Shown here piece by piece: positions 29,991 to 43,978 of a stretch of 64,000 bases of DNA. Source of the DNA: Octopus vulgaris. Taxonomy: Eukaryota. How positions within the stretch are numbered: the stretch's first letter is position 1; each line of letters begins with the position of its first letter. The translations under genes and the position numbers were made by a program. Under the pieces are notes generated by a model that was not told the origin of the DNA, made no database searches, and worked only from the letters and a program-made list of their open reading frames with translations. The DNA lies in contig OX597821.1 of assembly GCA_951406725.2 (NCBI GenBank), positions 91,202,001 to 91,266,000 on the forward strand, written 5' to 3'.

Positions 29991-29992
<2 letters not shown>
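29898..29992 (+). mobile_element. 3' end of (TAA)n-targeted retroposon
   Basis: Reverse complement of 11303-11396, flanked by (TAA)n. Confidence 0.85.
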
Positions 29993-30041
<49 letters not shown>

Positions 30042-31157
30042 GCTGGTGCTGCTGCTACTACAACTACTACTACTATATACATTACTAATTTTGTCCTTAA
30101 ACCTGCTTCATTTAAACGCTTGATTATAAAAAGGAACTTACTCCGTTGTAGAAAGATCACTCAGATGAATTACTAAATAACCAGGAAGTAATATTTTCCA
30201 CTAAATCCATTATTAATAGCAGGCAGGTGATTTCAACTGGTACTTATTTATTGTAACTTTTTTTCTTTTTTCTTTGGATACTTAAACGTTCAATGTGTCT
30301 GTTTTCATATCTAAAAATTAAACGTGTGAATCTGTATCGCCACGAATGAAAATATTTTTGAAATATTTTAAAATATCTTGCAGCATTTTATAAGCATTGA
30401 AATATTTTAAAATGCCTTACAGCACTGAAAGTCGAATAGTTGAATAATATATTATAAATTCACTCACTAAACAAATCGAAATTTCTTTAGAGCGAGGATT
30501 AAATAGCATTAAATAATCGTTATTTTTGTCATCACATATCAAACTGCCTAAAGAGTGCATGACAGACTGTTTGGTACAGAGCTGTAACATGTCAAAGTGT
30601 TCCTTATTGTTAATGTGAATACTCCATTTGCTTAGTATATATATATAGCTAATATTGTTTCAGTTATTGGTTTGATGGCTTTAAAAATCGTTAAAATTCG
30701 GAATATAGAATCAAAATTTAAAGTAATATAATTTATGACGTTCTCCACACAGACATAACATTCAGACGGCTGTGTAGTTTTGTGAACGTCATCACCGTAG
30801 TCATGATCACTGTGGGGAAAGGAACAACCTAGGTAAAAGTAAAAGAACATCAGTGCAATACATATAAATATATATTTATATTTATGTTTCAGGTATGGTG
30901 ATGTAAACAGGAAAATCAGAACTCAAAATATGAGTATGTGTATGTTTTTATTCATATTTAGCAAACGCAACAAAGTGACTCAAGTTCCGGAAGCTTCGTG
31001 TGTGAGCACTTTTCCAGCTATATTTATGTATCTGTACATACATATATATTCATTCATACATATAGTTTTAGTCATATACATATATGTGTAAACATATATA
31101 TAAATATACGCATATATGCATATGCATATATGTGAATGCATATGCATATATGTGTAA

Positions 31158-31191
<34 letters not shown>

Positions 31192-31329
31192 GTATATGTA
31201 TATATATACACACACATATTTTAATATATATGCATATGTATGTATATATGTGTATATGAATATATGTGTATATATGTATATATGTACACAAGCATAAATA
31301 CTTGCCAGGGTTTTATCTTAAATACTATA

Positions 31330-31775
31330 TTCCCCTTTGACCTCTACCTCCTAACACTCACGTCCTCAAACATCTACCTATTTCCACGCTTCCCTCAAAC
31401 ACACAATACGACTACTCCTACATCCCAACTTCTCTGACATACACAGGTCACGCCAGTACACTACCACAACTACACACCTCTACGCACCTTCACCCCCTTT
31501 CATAAAAAACACATAAAATCAGCGCTATAATGTCCATCTCAAAACATGGATACCTTACTAACCATAAGCATTCCCACCTGGCAGCTAATCCCATTTCCAC
31601 TCCTCTCGCCACATTCAGTAGACTCCTTTGTTATTCTTCTCTATCATTCTTCTGAGGAAAGACTAGCTTCCGAAACGTCAGGACTTTTTCCCTTATTGTT
31701 AAACGTTAAACTAACCCCTTTTGTTAAAACTTGTTACTCCCGTGTTGTTTTCTTCTATTTGCCTGTTGCCTTTCT
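31330..31775 (+). mobile_element. Penelope-like element 3' UTR/pLTR relic with HHR at 31648-31683
   Basis: C-rich strand like 39017-39700, shared CGTTAAACTAA; TCTT-CTGAGGA...GAAA-CG-TC-AGGA. Confidence 0.65.
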
Positions 31776-32053
31776 AATATACATACCTACATATACATAT
31801 ATACGTACATACATTCATATAAATACACATCTACATATACATACATAAATATATATATATATATATATATATTTGTATACAAATAAAAGAGGCAGGCAAC
31901 AGGTTGCTTAGCCATATACCGAAAAATTAGAAATAGCAGTCAAAGCCTGTTTATTTCTATTTTCTACAAATGAGACACCACATACGACATATCCCTGTAA
32001 TTCACATATGCAAAACAGAAGGAAGAAATAACGAAACCAAAGTCTAATGGTTA

Positions 32054-32110
32054 TTTACGAACGCGTTTCTAGATTAGGAATATAAACTCCTTGTCTTTCA
32101 TCAGCGTAAA
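32054..32110 (-). ncRNA. Type-I hammerhead ribozyme within short element ~31888-32130
   Basis: TTTACG-CTGATGA-(AGA..AGGA loop TCCT..TCT)-GAAA-CGCG-TT-CGTAAA: perfect 6-bp stem I, palindromic stem III. Confidence 0.8.
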
Positions 32111-32462
32111 CATCCACTGAAATAAATTTATCAAATGCTACGTACCTCCACTTCCCGATCAGGCGACATCGAAATAGTGGAAGAAATCAAACATAGGCTA
32201 AATCTATATAGACGATTTAATCCGCAATTGTCCCTCCAAAGTTTTACCATGCGTATTACAAAAATAGTTCCTTCGAGATAGGGAAAACACACACGCACGG
32301 CTACACCAACGCATCCACATATATGTACATACACACTCATATGCATGCACACACGCACACTCTAACACAGACACACACAACGTCAATTAGAAATCAAACA
32401 ATTAAAAGCCAGTGTAAAGAACGAAAAAACGAACATGAGGACTTGCACAAGCAATATATTAA

Positions 32463-32496
32463 TTTGACCTTTCGAGCTTAGCTTTTCATCGGAAAG
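32463..32496 (-). ncRNA. Degenerate hammerhead motif
   Basis: TT-CCGATGA-AAAGC-TAA-GCTC-GAAA-GG-TC-AA. Confidence 0.45.
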
Positions 32497-32880
32497 AGAG
32501 AAATTCAAATATATATGCCTACATATATACATTAATACATATATACATACATGCACATATGTGTATGCTTGTGTTTGTGTGTGTGTATATGGCGATGTGC
32601 GTGTTTGTTTTGTGTCTTCTTGTCCTGATATTGCAGGGTGTGAATGGTTGTCACGGTCATACAATCGGTGTCATACGTTTATAATATTCTGCAGAAGCAC
32701 GACTGGCCATGGCGAAATATTACCTTGCATGGAAACAGGCAATAGTTAGCAAAAGGAAAGGTATCCAACTACAGCAAATGTGCCTCAGTAACCTCTGTCT
32801 CACTCATACAAGTTTGGAAAAGTGAGCGTTAAAACGATGATGATGATTATGATGATGATGATGATGTTATATACCTAGAT

Positions 32881-32920
<40 letters not shown>

Positions 32921-32950
32921 TGAATGGAAGAAATATATATATATATAGTA

Positions 32951-33220
32951 GAGGAGCAATGGCCTAGTGGTTAGGGCAGCGGACTTGCGGTCGTAGGATC
33001 GCGGTTTCGATTCCCAGACCGGGCGTTGTGAGTGTTTATTGAGCGAAACACCTAAAAGCTCCACGAGTCTCCGGCTGTACTCTTTCACCACTCTTTCTCT
33101 CTTTCTTCTGTTGGCCTGCTCGCTTAGCCAGCGGGGTGGCGTCATTCGAAGGCTAAAACAATGCGAACGCATTGTGACCAGCGATGTGTAGTAACATCTG
33201 ATGGTCTGGTCGGTCACGTG
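32951..33220 (+). mobile_element. SINE family C
   Basis: GAGGAGCAATGGCCTAGTGGTTAGGGCAGCGG...GTTTCGATTCCC. Confidence 0.88.
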
Positions 33221-33358
33221 ATATATATATATGTATTACAAAGAATGTTCTCTAGAGGAAAATTCAGCGAACACCAGAACAAATTAGGCGGGCAAGACAG
33301 ATGAAAATTATATATAAAACAAAATTTTTATATATATATAAAAATTATATATATATAA

Positions 33359-34043
<685 letters not shown>

Positions 34044-34153
34044 TCTTTTACCGAACCGCTGAGTTACAGGGACGTAAACATACCGGCACCAGTTCTCCAG
34101 CGATGCTAGGGTGACAAACGCAGGCACACAAACACACACACACACACACACAC

Positions 34154-34203
<50 letters not shown>

Positions 34204-34554
34204 GACGTGCTTCTTTCAGTTTCCGTCTACCAAATCCACTCACAAGGCTTTGGTTGACCCGAGGCTACAGTAGAAGATACCTGCCCACGGTGTCATGCAG
34301 TGGGACTGAACCCAGAACCAAGTCGTTGGTAAGCAAGCTACTTACCACACAGCTACTCCTGCGCCTATGTATAATTTTTCTTTGAGATTAATTTAAGTTC
34401 TTAAAAGAGTCCAAGCTGGTTGTTAATAAAGCAACATGACTTTGAGTCAAGAAATTTCCTGGTGTCTGTAAATTTGTAGTTGAGTAGGTGTGTTGGTTGA
34501 ACTGTTGATGCATACACCAAAGTGTGTGCATCTATTCACAGCAAAATCTCAGAT

Positions 34555-35435
34555 GGAGGATTTTTGGAACATCTAAGAATCTTTAGTACTATTCATAGAT
34601 TCGCTTTGGAGAATCAGCATCAGTTTCCTTTGGTCTTGCTCCATGAAACCAAATATTTCTAGGTTTCTGTGCAACTTTGTTGATCTATAACCTATCGCAC
34701 CTATGGAAGCACTCCGTCGGTTACGACGACGAGTGTTCCGGTTGATCCGATCAACGGAACAGCCTGCTCGTGAAATTAACGTGTAAGTGGCTGAGCACTC
34801 CACAGAAACGTGTACCCTTAACGCAGTTCTCGGGGATATTCAGCGTGACACAGAGAGTGACAAGGCCGGCCCTTTGAAATACAGGTACAACAGAAACAGG
34901 AAGTAAGAGTGAGAGAAAGTTGTGGTGAAAGAGTACAGCAGGGAACACCACCATCCCCTGCCGGAGCCTCGTGAAGCTTTTAGGTGTTTTCGCTCAATAA
35001 ACACTCACAACGCCCGGTCTAGGAATCGAAACCGCGATCCTACGACCGCGAGTCCGCTGCCCTAACCACTGGGCCATTTCGCCTCCACTCCCGCACCTAT
35101 GATGATAGGTGCAAATGATAATTTATAGTCAGGATACAAGAGCTGTAATTTCCACGTTAATTCGCCTCAAATGGTTTCTTTCTCTTGGACTCTTCATTGT
35201 TCGTTCACATCGACTGAGCTGCTGACTTCTGCCACAGTGAATGAATTTTTGGAACATCTTGCAAATCTTTACAGTGCTGCTAATAGATTGGATTTGGTCT
35301 TCCTCTATGAAAGCAAGTATTTCTAGGTTTTTGTGCAATTTTGTTGATCCATGGAATACTGCACCCATGATGATAAGTAAAAATCAGAACTTATAGCCAG
35401 GGTACATGAACTGTAAATCCTTGTAAACTCGCCTT
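34555..35435 (-). pseudogene. Two tandem degenerate R4/Dong-like RLE C-terminal fragments, one interrupted by a SINE
   Basis: IGAIGYRSTKLHRNLEIFGF and MGAVFHGSTKLHKNLEILAF..TVKICKMFQKF resemble the C-terminus at 43979-44410. Confidence 0.6.
34706..35088 (-). mobile_element. SINE family C head with different tail, with 10-bp TSD
   Basis: CGCACCTATG at 34696-34705 and 35092-35101. Confidence 0.85.
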
Positions 35436-35974
35436 AAATATTCTATTTTTCCTGGATTTTTTATTCTTCATTCATATCCGCTGGACAGCTAACGTCTACG
35501 GCAGAGCATGAATTTGCTCCTTGTCCTAGAGAACTGTATCAGGTCTGTTATGTTTGCACCGAACTGATGTTTTAATTGGGGTGTTCCACTTGTATTCCTT
35601 GTTCTTAAAGTTGTGAATACCTTCTGATATGTATGTATGTATGCATACATGTAATTATGTATGAATGTATGTATGTACGTATGTATATATGAACGTACGT
35701 ACATACGCACATATGTATGTATGCATGTATGTATGTAAGTATGTATGTATGTATGTATGTACATCATCATCACCATCGGGAAAATAGTCGCTGTTTATAT
35801 TTCCTCTGATATAAACCTACAATGCCAGCACGGAAATTATTCAATATATTAATAATAAGAATCTTAGCTTTATATATGAATATATCAAGAGAAGTTATAT
35901 GAATAGATACGTGTTTATGTGTGTGTGTATGTATATATATATATGTACATATCTATGTGTATGTATACTCACAT

Positions 35975-36025
<51 letters not shown>

Positions 36026-36761
36026 CAATGTGTGAGTGTGTTTATGTGTGTGACAATACCAAATAAAACATTATATACTAAAGTGGCTGTATCTGAAAGA
36101 TTATCTTAATACAATTTTGTTGTCATTGTTGTTTTGTTCCCTGAAACTTCATTCATATTTTCATCACCGTCATCTTCGTCGTCATCAGCACCACCACCAC
36201 CATCACCACCACCATCATCATCATCATCATCATTATCGTCGTAGTCACCATCGCGTTGTTTTGTCAAAAGGTTTCACAATAGTTTTCAGGATATTTGTGA
36301 ACATAAGAACGGTGACAATCTATTCATTGGTGATAATAGTGTTGTTAATTGTATGACGTGTAGTATTTTAGTCATCGTAATAATCCTCAACATCAACATC
36401 CCCCGTTATCACATCACCGCTATCGTTATGGCCATTGTTGTCGTTATAATCATCGTCACCATCAAAAATACTTCAAATATATTTTTTATTGTTGTCAATG
36501 TTAGCACAAAACATTTTGTTATTTTGGCTATATTTCACCTTTTGTATTTCTATTTGATCATTTCCTTGTATACAATATTGCTGTCTCTGCTTCTTATAAT
36601 CATATTCATATTCATATCATCATCCTCATCATCATCATCATCATCATCATCGTCGTCGTCGTCGTCGTCGTTGATGCTATCATTATTGATGTTGTTGTTG
36701 TTGTTATTGATATTATTAGTGGTTTGTCTCAGGTTCGGTCTTACTCCTGGTAGAATTTATA

Positions 36762-36990
36762 CCTTCTCTATACATCGGTCCTTCTCTATACATCGGTCAA
36801 ACGGGACGCCACTTGGCTGACTGGTTCGCGGAACACCTCCGAGACATCCGACTCGGCAACGACACCCCGGTCTCACGCCATTTCTGCTCTACTGGTCATT
36901 CTTTACAACACATGTCTGTGTTCCGATTATCCTTGCACAGGGGCCATCTAGACTCCCGTCTTCACCGTGAGCAGGGATTAATCTTCTACC
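36762..36990 (+). pseudogene. Penelope GIY-YIG endonuclease fragment
   Basis: Close copy of 38755-38962 (LYIGQTGRHLADWFAEHLRDI...). Confidence 0.85.
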
Positions 36991-37280
36991 TGTAACCTTA
37001 GGTATCCACAATCCTTCATTTGCCTTTCAAGTGCTTAAAATCCTCCTCAAAATCTTTCCTGTCCCTAAGAGGCAAACCTTCTCAAGAAGCTCGACAGCTC
37101 ACTCTATTCCAATCTTTAACCATTTGTCTATATCTTTAATTACAGTTCCCAATGCAGTTATTACTGGCACAATCATTGCAGTTTTCATACTCCAAATTCT
37201 TGCAATTTCAAACTTAAAAGGGTCGTATTTTTTGCTTTTTACTTTCTTCATCCTCTTTCGTTTACAATCCTGGAGTCTAT
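36986..37280 (-). mobile_element. R4/Dong-like RLE C-terminus fragment
   Basis: FEIARIWSMK..IVPV..ALGTV...KVCLLGTGKILRRIL; inverted partner at 37653-37758. Confidence 0.7.
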
Positions 37281-37291
37281 TATTATTAAGG

Positions 37292-37329
<38 letters not shown>

Positions 37330-37650
37330 CTGGCAGTCCGTCAGTTACAACGACTAGGGTTCCATTTGATCCGATCGACAGAACAGTCTGGTTGTGAAAT
37401 CAGTGAGTGAGTGGTTGTGGATGTCTCAGGCACACGTATTCTTAATTTAGTTCTCTGGGATATTCAGCATGACACAGAATGCGACAAAGCTGTCCCTTTG
37501 AAATACCTGTACTACTCATTTTCGCCAGCTGACGGGACTGGACTGGTGCAATGGTGCAACGTGGAATAAAGTGTCTTGCTCAAGGACACAACACGCCACC
37601 AGATATCGAACTCATGATTTTACGATCGCGAGCCGAATACTCTAACCTCT
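37330..37650 (-). mobile_element. SINE (family D head, tail shared with 34706 copy)
   Basis: Minus GGTTAGAGTATTCGGCTCGCGATCG..GAGTTCGATA. Confidence 0.72.
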
Positions 37651-37652
37651 TA

Positions 37653-37785
37653 GAGCTTTTTGAGAAAGTTTGCCTCTTAGGGATAGGAAAGATTTTGAGG
37701 AGGGTTTTAAGCACTTGAAAGGCAAATGATGGATTGTGGATACCTAAGGTTACAGGTAGTAACTCGCCCCTACATAAATTCTACC

Positions 37786-37822
<37 letters not shown>
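37653..37822 (+). mobile_element. R4/Dong-like extreme 3' end with (TAG)n tail
   Basis: Reverse complement of 36986-37092 followed by (TAG)n. Confidence 0.7.
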
Positions 37823-37865
37823 TCATCGTTGTTATTAAGTAGGCGAGCTGTGGGCAAAATGCTTA

Positions 37866-39700
37866 GCAATGGGAACGAGAATGGGCCCCAACTATACAAA
37901 CCTGTTCTTTGGCTACGTTGAGGCCCAAATATTCTCAAGTTTCACTGGTCCCACTCCTGAACTGTACGGTCGTTATATTGACGACTGTATCGTTGCGATC
38001 TCACTCTCCCGCGAGCATCTAGAGTCTTTCCTATCTTTTCTCAAATCTTTCCATCCTGTCCTCCACTCTTCCTGCACTATTTCCGACAACTCAGTCGCCT
38101 TTGTCGTCATTTTGGTTAGCATTCATCACTCCACTCTCAAAACTTCCATCCGCACAGACTCACACTCATACCTCAACTTCTCCTCCTTCCACCCTAAACA
38201 CACCAAACTCACCATCCCCTATTCCCAATTCCTCCTTCTACGCAGGCTCTGCAGTGACAACCATGACATTGAGACTCAGTCTCAACTCAAGGCTTGCCAC
38301 TTCACCCTACGTGGATATCCCCTCACCACTATCCACACCGCCCTTGCCAGAGCACGTTCCGAGGACCGTGCATCTGCTTCTCCCCTCGCACCCGCCCCGC
38401 TGTCACCCGTCTCCCGTTTCCCCTCACCTACCTCCCCACCACCCTACCTCTCCAACGCACCATTCTCCGAGGTTTCCAGCGTCTCCAGTCCGAACCCTCC
38501 ACTTCACACCTCTTCCTTAAGTGACCCCCCTTCAAACGAGCCCACAAATTTCGAAACCTTTTGGCCCACAGCTTCTTCACTAACCCAACCTCCCAACCTG
38601 GCTCGTTCCCCTGCTCCCGCCCATGCTACTGCACTTTCCCTTACCCCTCCAACACCACCCTCCTCACAGGCACCCATCTTCGTCACTATCATATCACTGA
38701 ATCCTTGACCTGCACTTCTAGCAACGTTATCTACTGCATCTCCTGCTCTCTCTGTCCTTCTCTATACATCGGTCAAACGGGACGCCACTTGGTTGACCGG
38801 TTCGCGGAACACGTCCGAGACATCCCACTCGGCAACAACACCCCGGTCCTTCGCCATTTCGGCTTTACTGGTCATTCTTTACAAAACCTGTCTGTGTTCG
38901 GATTATCCTTGCACAGGGTCCATCTAGACTCCCGTCTTCACCGTGAGCAGGGATTAATCTTCTCTCTTCGCTCTTTTACTCCACATGGGCTCAACTCTCC
39001 TCCCCACTTTATCTGACCCTCCTCCTCTCTCCTCTCTTGCTCTGGCACCTACTTCCTCTCTTCTCTCCTACCCACCTTCTCCCTTCCGCCCTCTCCCTTC
39101 ATCGTCAACCCTCCCTCATTACCCCACTCCAACACATTCCAACCTCACCATCCCTCTACATCACATCCCTTAGACCCCCAACCTTGCTTCCCCCACTCTC
39201 GCCTCCCCCACCCCAACAACACACCACACCATCACACCACACCACACATCACCATACCACACACCACCATACCACACCACACCACATCATACCACCCCGC
39301 AAACACAAGCACTGAACACTTCCCATTACACACACACACACTACCACTAACCACTTCCCAGCACCTGCAACATCATCCACACAACTATACACACACACAC
39401 ACGTCAGTGTCACCAGCCCCCTTCTACACGCACCTTCGTTTTGGGATCACCACTACTTTGTTATCTCCCCTTCATCCTAGCCCTACTGTGTGACCCCTCT
39501 GTCCGGCATTTGCCATGATAGATTGCTAGCCACTAAACTTTTTACTATTTTCTCTCCCTGTTTATTTCGGTGTTCTTTTCTGTCGAAGAGCGCAGACTCG
39601 ATACGTAAAATACTTTCTCACATCCCGAGCGTTAAACTAATACATCTTTTTGTTGCGTACACACCCATTTTCGTCTTTTTTTTTGTAAATTCTCACTATA
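37866..39700 (+). pseudogene. 5'-truncated Penelope-like retroelement (probably Neptune-type): RT C-half, Cys-rich linker, GIY-YIG endonuclease, C-rich 3' UTR with HHR relic
   Basis: AMGTRMGPNY.NLF, YGRYIDD, SYL.FSS.HP.HTK..IPYSQ.L.LRRLCS, RGYP; PGSFPCSRP.C; NVIYCISCSLCPSLYIGQTGR.L.DRF.EH; stop 39016; frameshifted. Confidence 0.93.
39575..39611 (+). ncRNA. Degenerate hammerhead in Penelope 3' pLTR
   Basis: CTTTT-CTGTCGA-A-GAGC-GCAG-ACTC-GATA-CG-TA-AAA. Confidence 0.55.
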
Positions 39701-39850
39701 TGTAATAAATATATATGGAATGTATGTACTATACAACATATATATAGAATTCAATATATATATATGGTATAAGAGATATTTATTTTATTTTATTTTATTT
39801 TATCTAGTTTCAACTCACGAGCTGTGGCCATGCTGAGGCACCGCCATATA

Positions 39851-39886
39851 TATTGAAAAGGTTGCAAGACGCAACGAAAATTTTAG
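39851..39886 (+). ncRNA. Hammerhead-like motif, U3-A8 core
   Basis: TTGAAAA-G-GTTGC-AAGAC-GCAAC-GAAA; second copy 61673-61709; stem III imperfect. Confidence 0.5.
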
Positions 39887-39936
39887 AAAAATAAAGAAGG
39901 AAATGAGTGGAAATGACTCTCCTAATAGATATTAGA

Positions 39937-39981
<45 letters not shown>

Positions 39982-40385
39982 CATACATATACATAAATTT
40001 AAAATAAACGAGGTTTGTAATTGTCGCTAAATGTGACTAGGATATTAGAACCACCTACATTGCTAGAAATAAGAACTAAAATTCTCTAATGCTCTAGTCA
40101 ACGCATATAAATCTAAACATATACACAAACAGAGACCTTAATCATCCGAAATGTGCCTGTCGAAAATTTTTAATACCGTCGTCAGTTTCGGCTATTTCCG
40201 TTGCCTCAACACTTAAGACTAGTTCAAAAGTTCGGCTCTTTTCTGACTTGCTTCTCGATTACAATATATGTTTTCGTCATTCAAATTAATGGCTGATTTA
40301 TCGACTCGCTATGCGTATACATACAATTAATATAAACAGTAGTTTGCAGTTTTTCACCAAAATGGAGAATTATAATTGTCCCTAA

Positions 40386-40488
<103 letters not shown>

Positions 40489-40514
40489 CATACATACATA
40501 CATACATACATACA

Positions 40515-40550
<36 letters not shown>

Positions 40551-41494
40551 TATAATAAATGGCAATTTCCGACTTTCTATTCGTCTGTCTGTTACCACCT
40601 CAGTGCCTAAACCCCTGAACCAATATTCACAAAACTTAGCATACATGTGACACTAACATCCTGTGCAATAATAGGTCAATTTAATTTCAATAACAATCTA
40701 TAATGTGTCCCCCAGGGGCGTTGTGCGAATTATGTGATAAAAAGATCAGGCTGCAAAGTCATAAGTCTGAGAAAGAGGTTGACTTGTATCAGTGAAGGCG
40801 AGAACAGCGGTGGTAATGGGATGCTAACGTTAATATATCTTACATACATACTATATCTGCATACATACGACGCTGCATACATACTTTCGTGAATACATAG
40901 ATACGGCACACATAAACACACTCACACACAAATAAAGGTGGGTGTGAGTTATACGTAGCTTTAAGGTGAGAGCGAATAGGTGGGTGTTTTGCTGTCCATC
41001 ACAAAGAAACACTCACACGTAGACACAAACAATAAATACATACACACTCCCACACACACACACATATATATATATATATAGATAGATACATACATACATA
41101 GAAAGATAGATTGGTAGATAGGTAGATAGATACACATTCATACGTGCATACATTCATACATAAATATGACTACTATACACCATTTTAAATACGTGATCAC
41201 CTGTGTGTGTGCGTGTGAGTGTGGGCAAGTGCGTGTGTGTGCGCGCGCGCCGTGTGCGTTCGTGAATATCTCACGTCCTATAACTGTGTCTCGCTACTTT
41301 TGTGGCTTAATTACAATTAACTGATTCTAAAATTTATATACTGACATAGGTTTGGTGATAGGAACGGGAGTAGAACTAAAACGGGCAATTGACAGGGAAA
41401 GGGATAGAACATGAAACAGCGTAATGCAAATGGGAACTGAAAATAACACCTGATTTTCCGGGTAATACCTGGCAATTCAGCTAGCATATATATA

Positions 41495-41850
41495 TATATA
41501 AATTAATAAATAAATAAAACATATGCATATATACATACATATATGTACGTACCTACCTCTACATGTATATATACATGCATATATGGGTACAGGACACAAA
41601 AAAAAACGTCGAACACAATGAGAAACGAAAACATAAACACAAAACCAAGGAAATGGACATTTTTTTAAAACAACGAAAAAATAGAGTACAGGACATACAA
41701 AACAAGGAAAATTCCCCTTTTTCAGTCGCCTTAATTTCATCTACTCCACGTTTCGAATGTCAAAGCGATACATGACTTCAATGAAATTTTCCTTCCCGCG
41801 AAAATCAAATTAGATAAAATTTGAGATTTTTTTGCGGTGGGGTAAAAAAG
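41495..41850 (+). mobile_element. Family F repeat, longest copy
   Basis: Homologous to 21530 and 19368; starts in (TA)n. Confidence 0.85.
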
Positions 41851-42097
41851 TGCACATTTAAACACATAAGAGATGGCCATAATAGGACATCTAACCCGCT
41901 AGAAGGTGTAGTTAAAATCCAAACCGCAATTAGGGGTAATTTCGAAAAAGAATGAAAAATAAAAACATTTATCATCTATTTCTTGTACCATGGTTACAAG
42001 CTATCTTCAGCAAATAAAGTAATTTGCTAGGCGCAGCTATCATCAGCAGGAAAGCCAAGATTAACATATAAATACGAGACAATACAGAACATATATA

Positions 42098-42142
<45 letters not shown>

Positions 42143-42394
42143 ATGCCTAAGCATATGTGTGTTTGTGTCTGTGTTCTTCGTCTATCACCGCTTGACAACT
42201 AGTGTTGATTTATTTACGGCACCGTAACATAGTGGTTAGGCAAACGTGAACGATAGAATAATTACTAGGCTTAAAATATATAACTCCTCGGGTCAATTTG
42301 TTCGACTAAAACTTTTTGGAGTTTGTACTCAGCAAGTTTGCAGTCAAATGACTGAAGCAAGTAAAACAATAAAAGAATACGTAATATATATATA

Positions 42395-42580
42395 CGTATG
42401 TGTGCATGCATGTATGTATTTATGTATGTATGTATGTATGTATGTATGTATGTAGGTATGTATGTATGTATGTATGTATGTATGTATGTATGTATGTATG
42501 TATGTATGTATGTATGTATGCATGCATGTATGTATGTATGTATGTATGTATGTATGTGTGTATGTATGTATGTATGTAAG

Positions 42581-42611
<31 letters not shown>

Positions 42612-42862
42612 GTATGTATGTATGTATGTATGTAAGTATGTATGTATGTAGGTATGTATGTATGTATGTATGGTAGGTATGTATGTATGTATGTATGTAA
42701 TGTATGTATGTATGTATGTGTGTATGTATGTATGTATGCAGGTATGTATGTATGTATGTGTGTATGTATGTAATGTATGTATGTATGTATGTAATGTATG
42801 TATGTATGTATGTATGTATGTATGTATGTATGTATGTATGTATGTATGTATGTATGTATGTA
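42395..42862. repeat. (TATG)n microsatellite
   Basis: Direct reading. Confidence 0.97.
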
Positions 42863-42958
42863 GTGAATCCAAACAAAGAAGAATAAATATGAAAAATAAC
42901 GTGAGGACGTTGTGCAAGTATTGTATTATCAGACGCTCAGGAAAAGACAGAAAGAGGA

Positions 42959-42991
42959 TTTAACGTTTCGAGCAAAGCTCTCCTTCAGAAA
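42959..42991 (-). ncRNA. Hammerhead motif in Penelope-type pLTR relic (~42865-43055)
   Basis: TTT-CTGAAGG-A-GAGC-TTT-GCTC-GAAA-CG-TT-AAA. Confidence 0.6.
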
Positions 42992-43052
42992 CAGAGGACA
43001 GTCCAAAAGAAGGGAAAACAGAGGAAGAAAATTACCAACGATTCACACGTGG

Positions 43053-43089
<37 letters not shown>

Positions 43090-43114
43090 GTGTGTGTGTG
43101 TGCGCGCGCGCGCG

Positions 43115-43757
43115 CGATGGGTAAATTGTCACCATGTTATATTTTTTTCGTGTATGCACGTTGTCTATTTTTGATTCTGTCGGCTACACTGTATAGTAGG
43201 GTCAGTTGGGCACCAACTATGAGAAAAACATAAATCTGAATTTGCGCTAGAAGCTCCAGTACGAATATCTCAGAGTGTTTGGGTGCCAATCTGAGGACAG
43301 TGCAATCTGAGGACATGTCTGAGGAGTGTGATAAAAATTAACAATCCAGTCAACATCATGGGATCACTAGTGATGGCAACGTTATGCCTCTATTCATCTT
43401 CCCACACGGCCTCACTCTTAACACGGAGGCCTATATCAAGTGCCTGGAGGAGGTAATGCTGCCTTGGGTCAAGAGGGTTGCTGCTGGAAGACCCAATAGT
43501 GTCTTTCAACAAGACTCCTTGTAACACCAACGATGAACTGAAGACAAGGATTATGGCGACATTCACCAACTTATACAAGAAGACTGTCCAGAAGAGTTGC
43601 AGGAGATTCCGAAGTCGTCTGGAGACCGTGGTTGATGCCAATGGCGATTTTATTGAATAAATATACTCTTTAGCATCTCAATATATTTTCCTGTAATTTT
43701 GGTCAGCGTCATTTTTATTTTTGCATAATTTCGATGACAATTTATTCACCACACCCA
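43115..43757 (+). mobile_element. Internally deleted Tc1/mariner-superfamily (maT-like) element
   Basis: DGNVMPLFIFPHGL.LNTEAYIKCLEEV.LPWVK and ELKTRI...SCRRFRSRLETVVDANGDFIE-stop; TIR remnants TAAATTGTCAC / TGACAATTTA. Confidence 0.75.
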
Positions 43758-43782
43758 GTATATACATACATACATACATACA

Positions 43783-43815
<33 letters not shown>

Positions 43816-43830
43816 GCATACATACATACG

Positions 43831-43861
<31 letters not shown>

Positions 43862-43978
43862 GTGTATGTGTGTAAATATATTACATATATGTGTGTGTGT
43901 GTTTATACATATATATTCATTCAGACATGCATACATACATACATACATACATACATACATACATACATACATACATAC

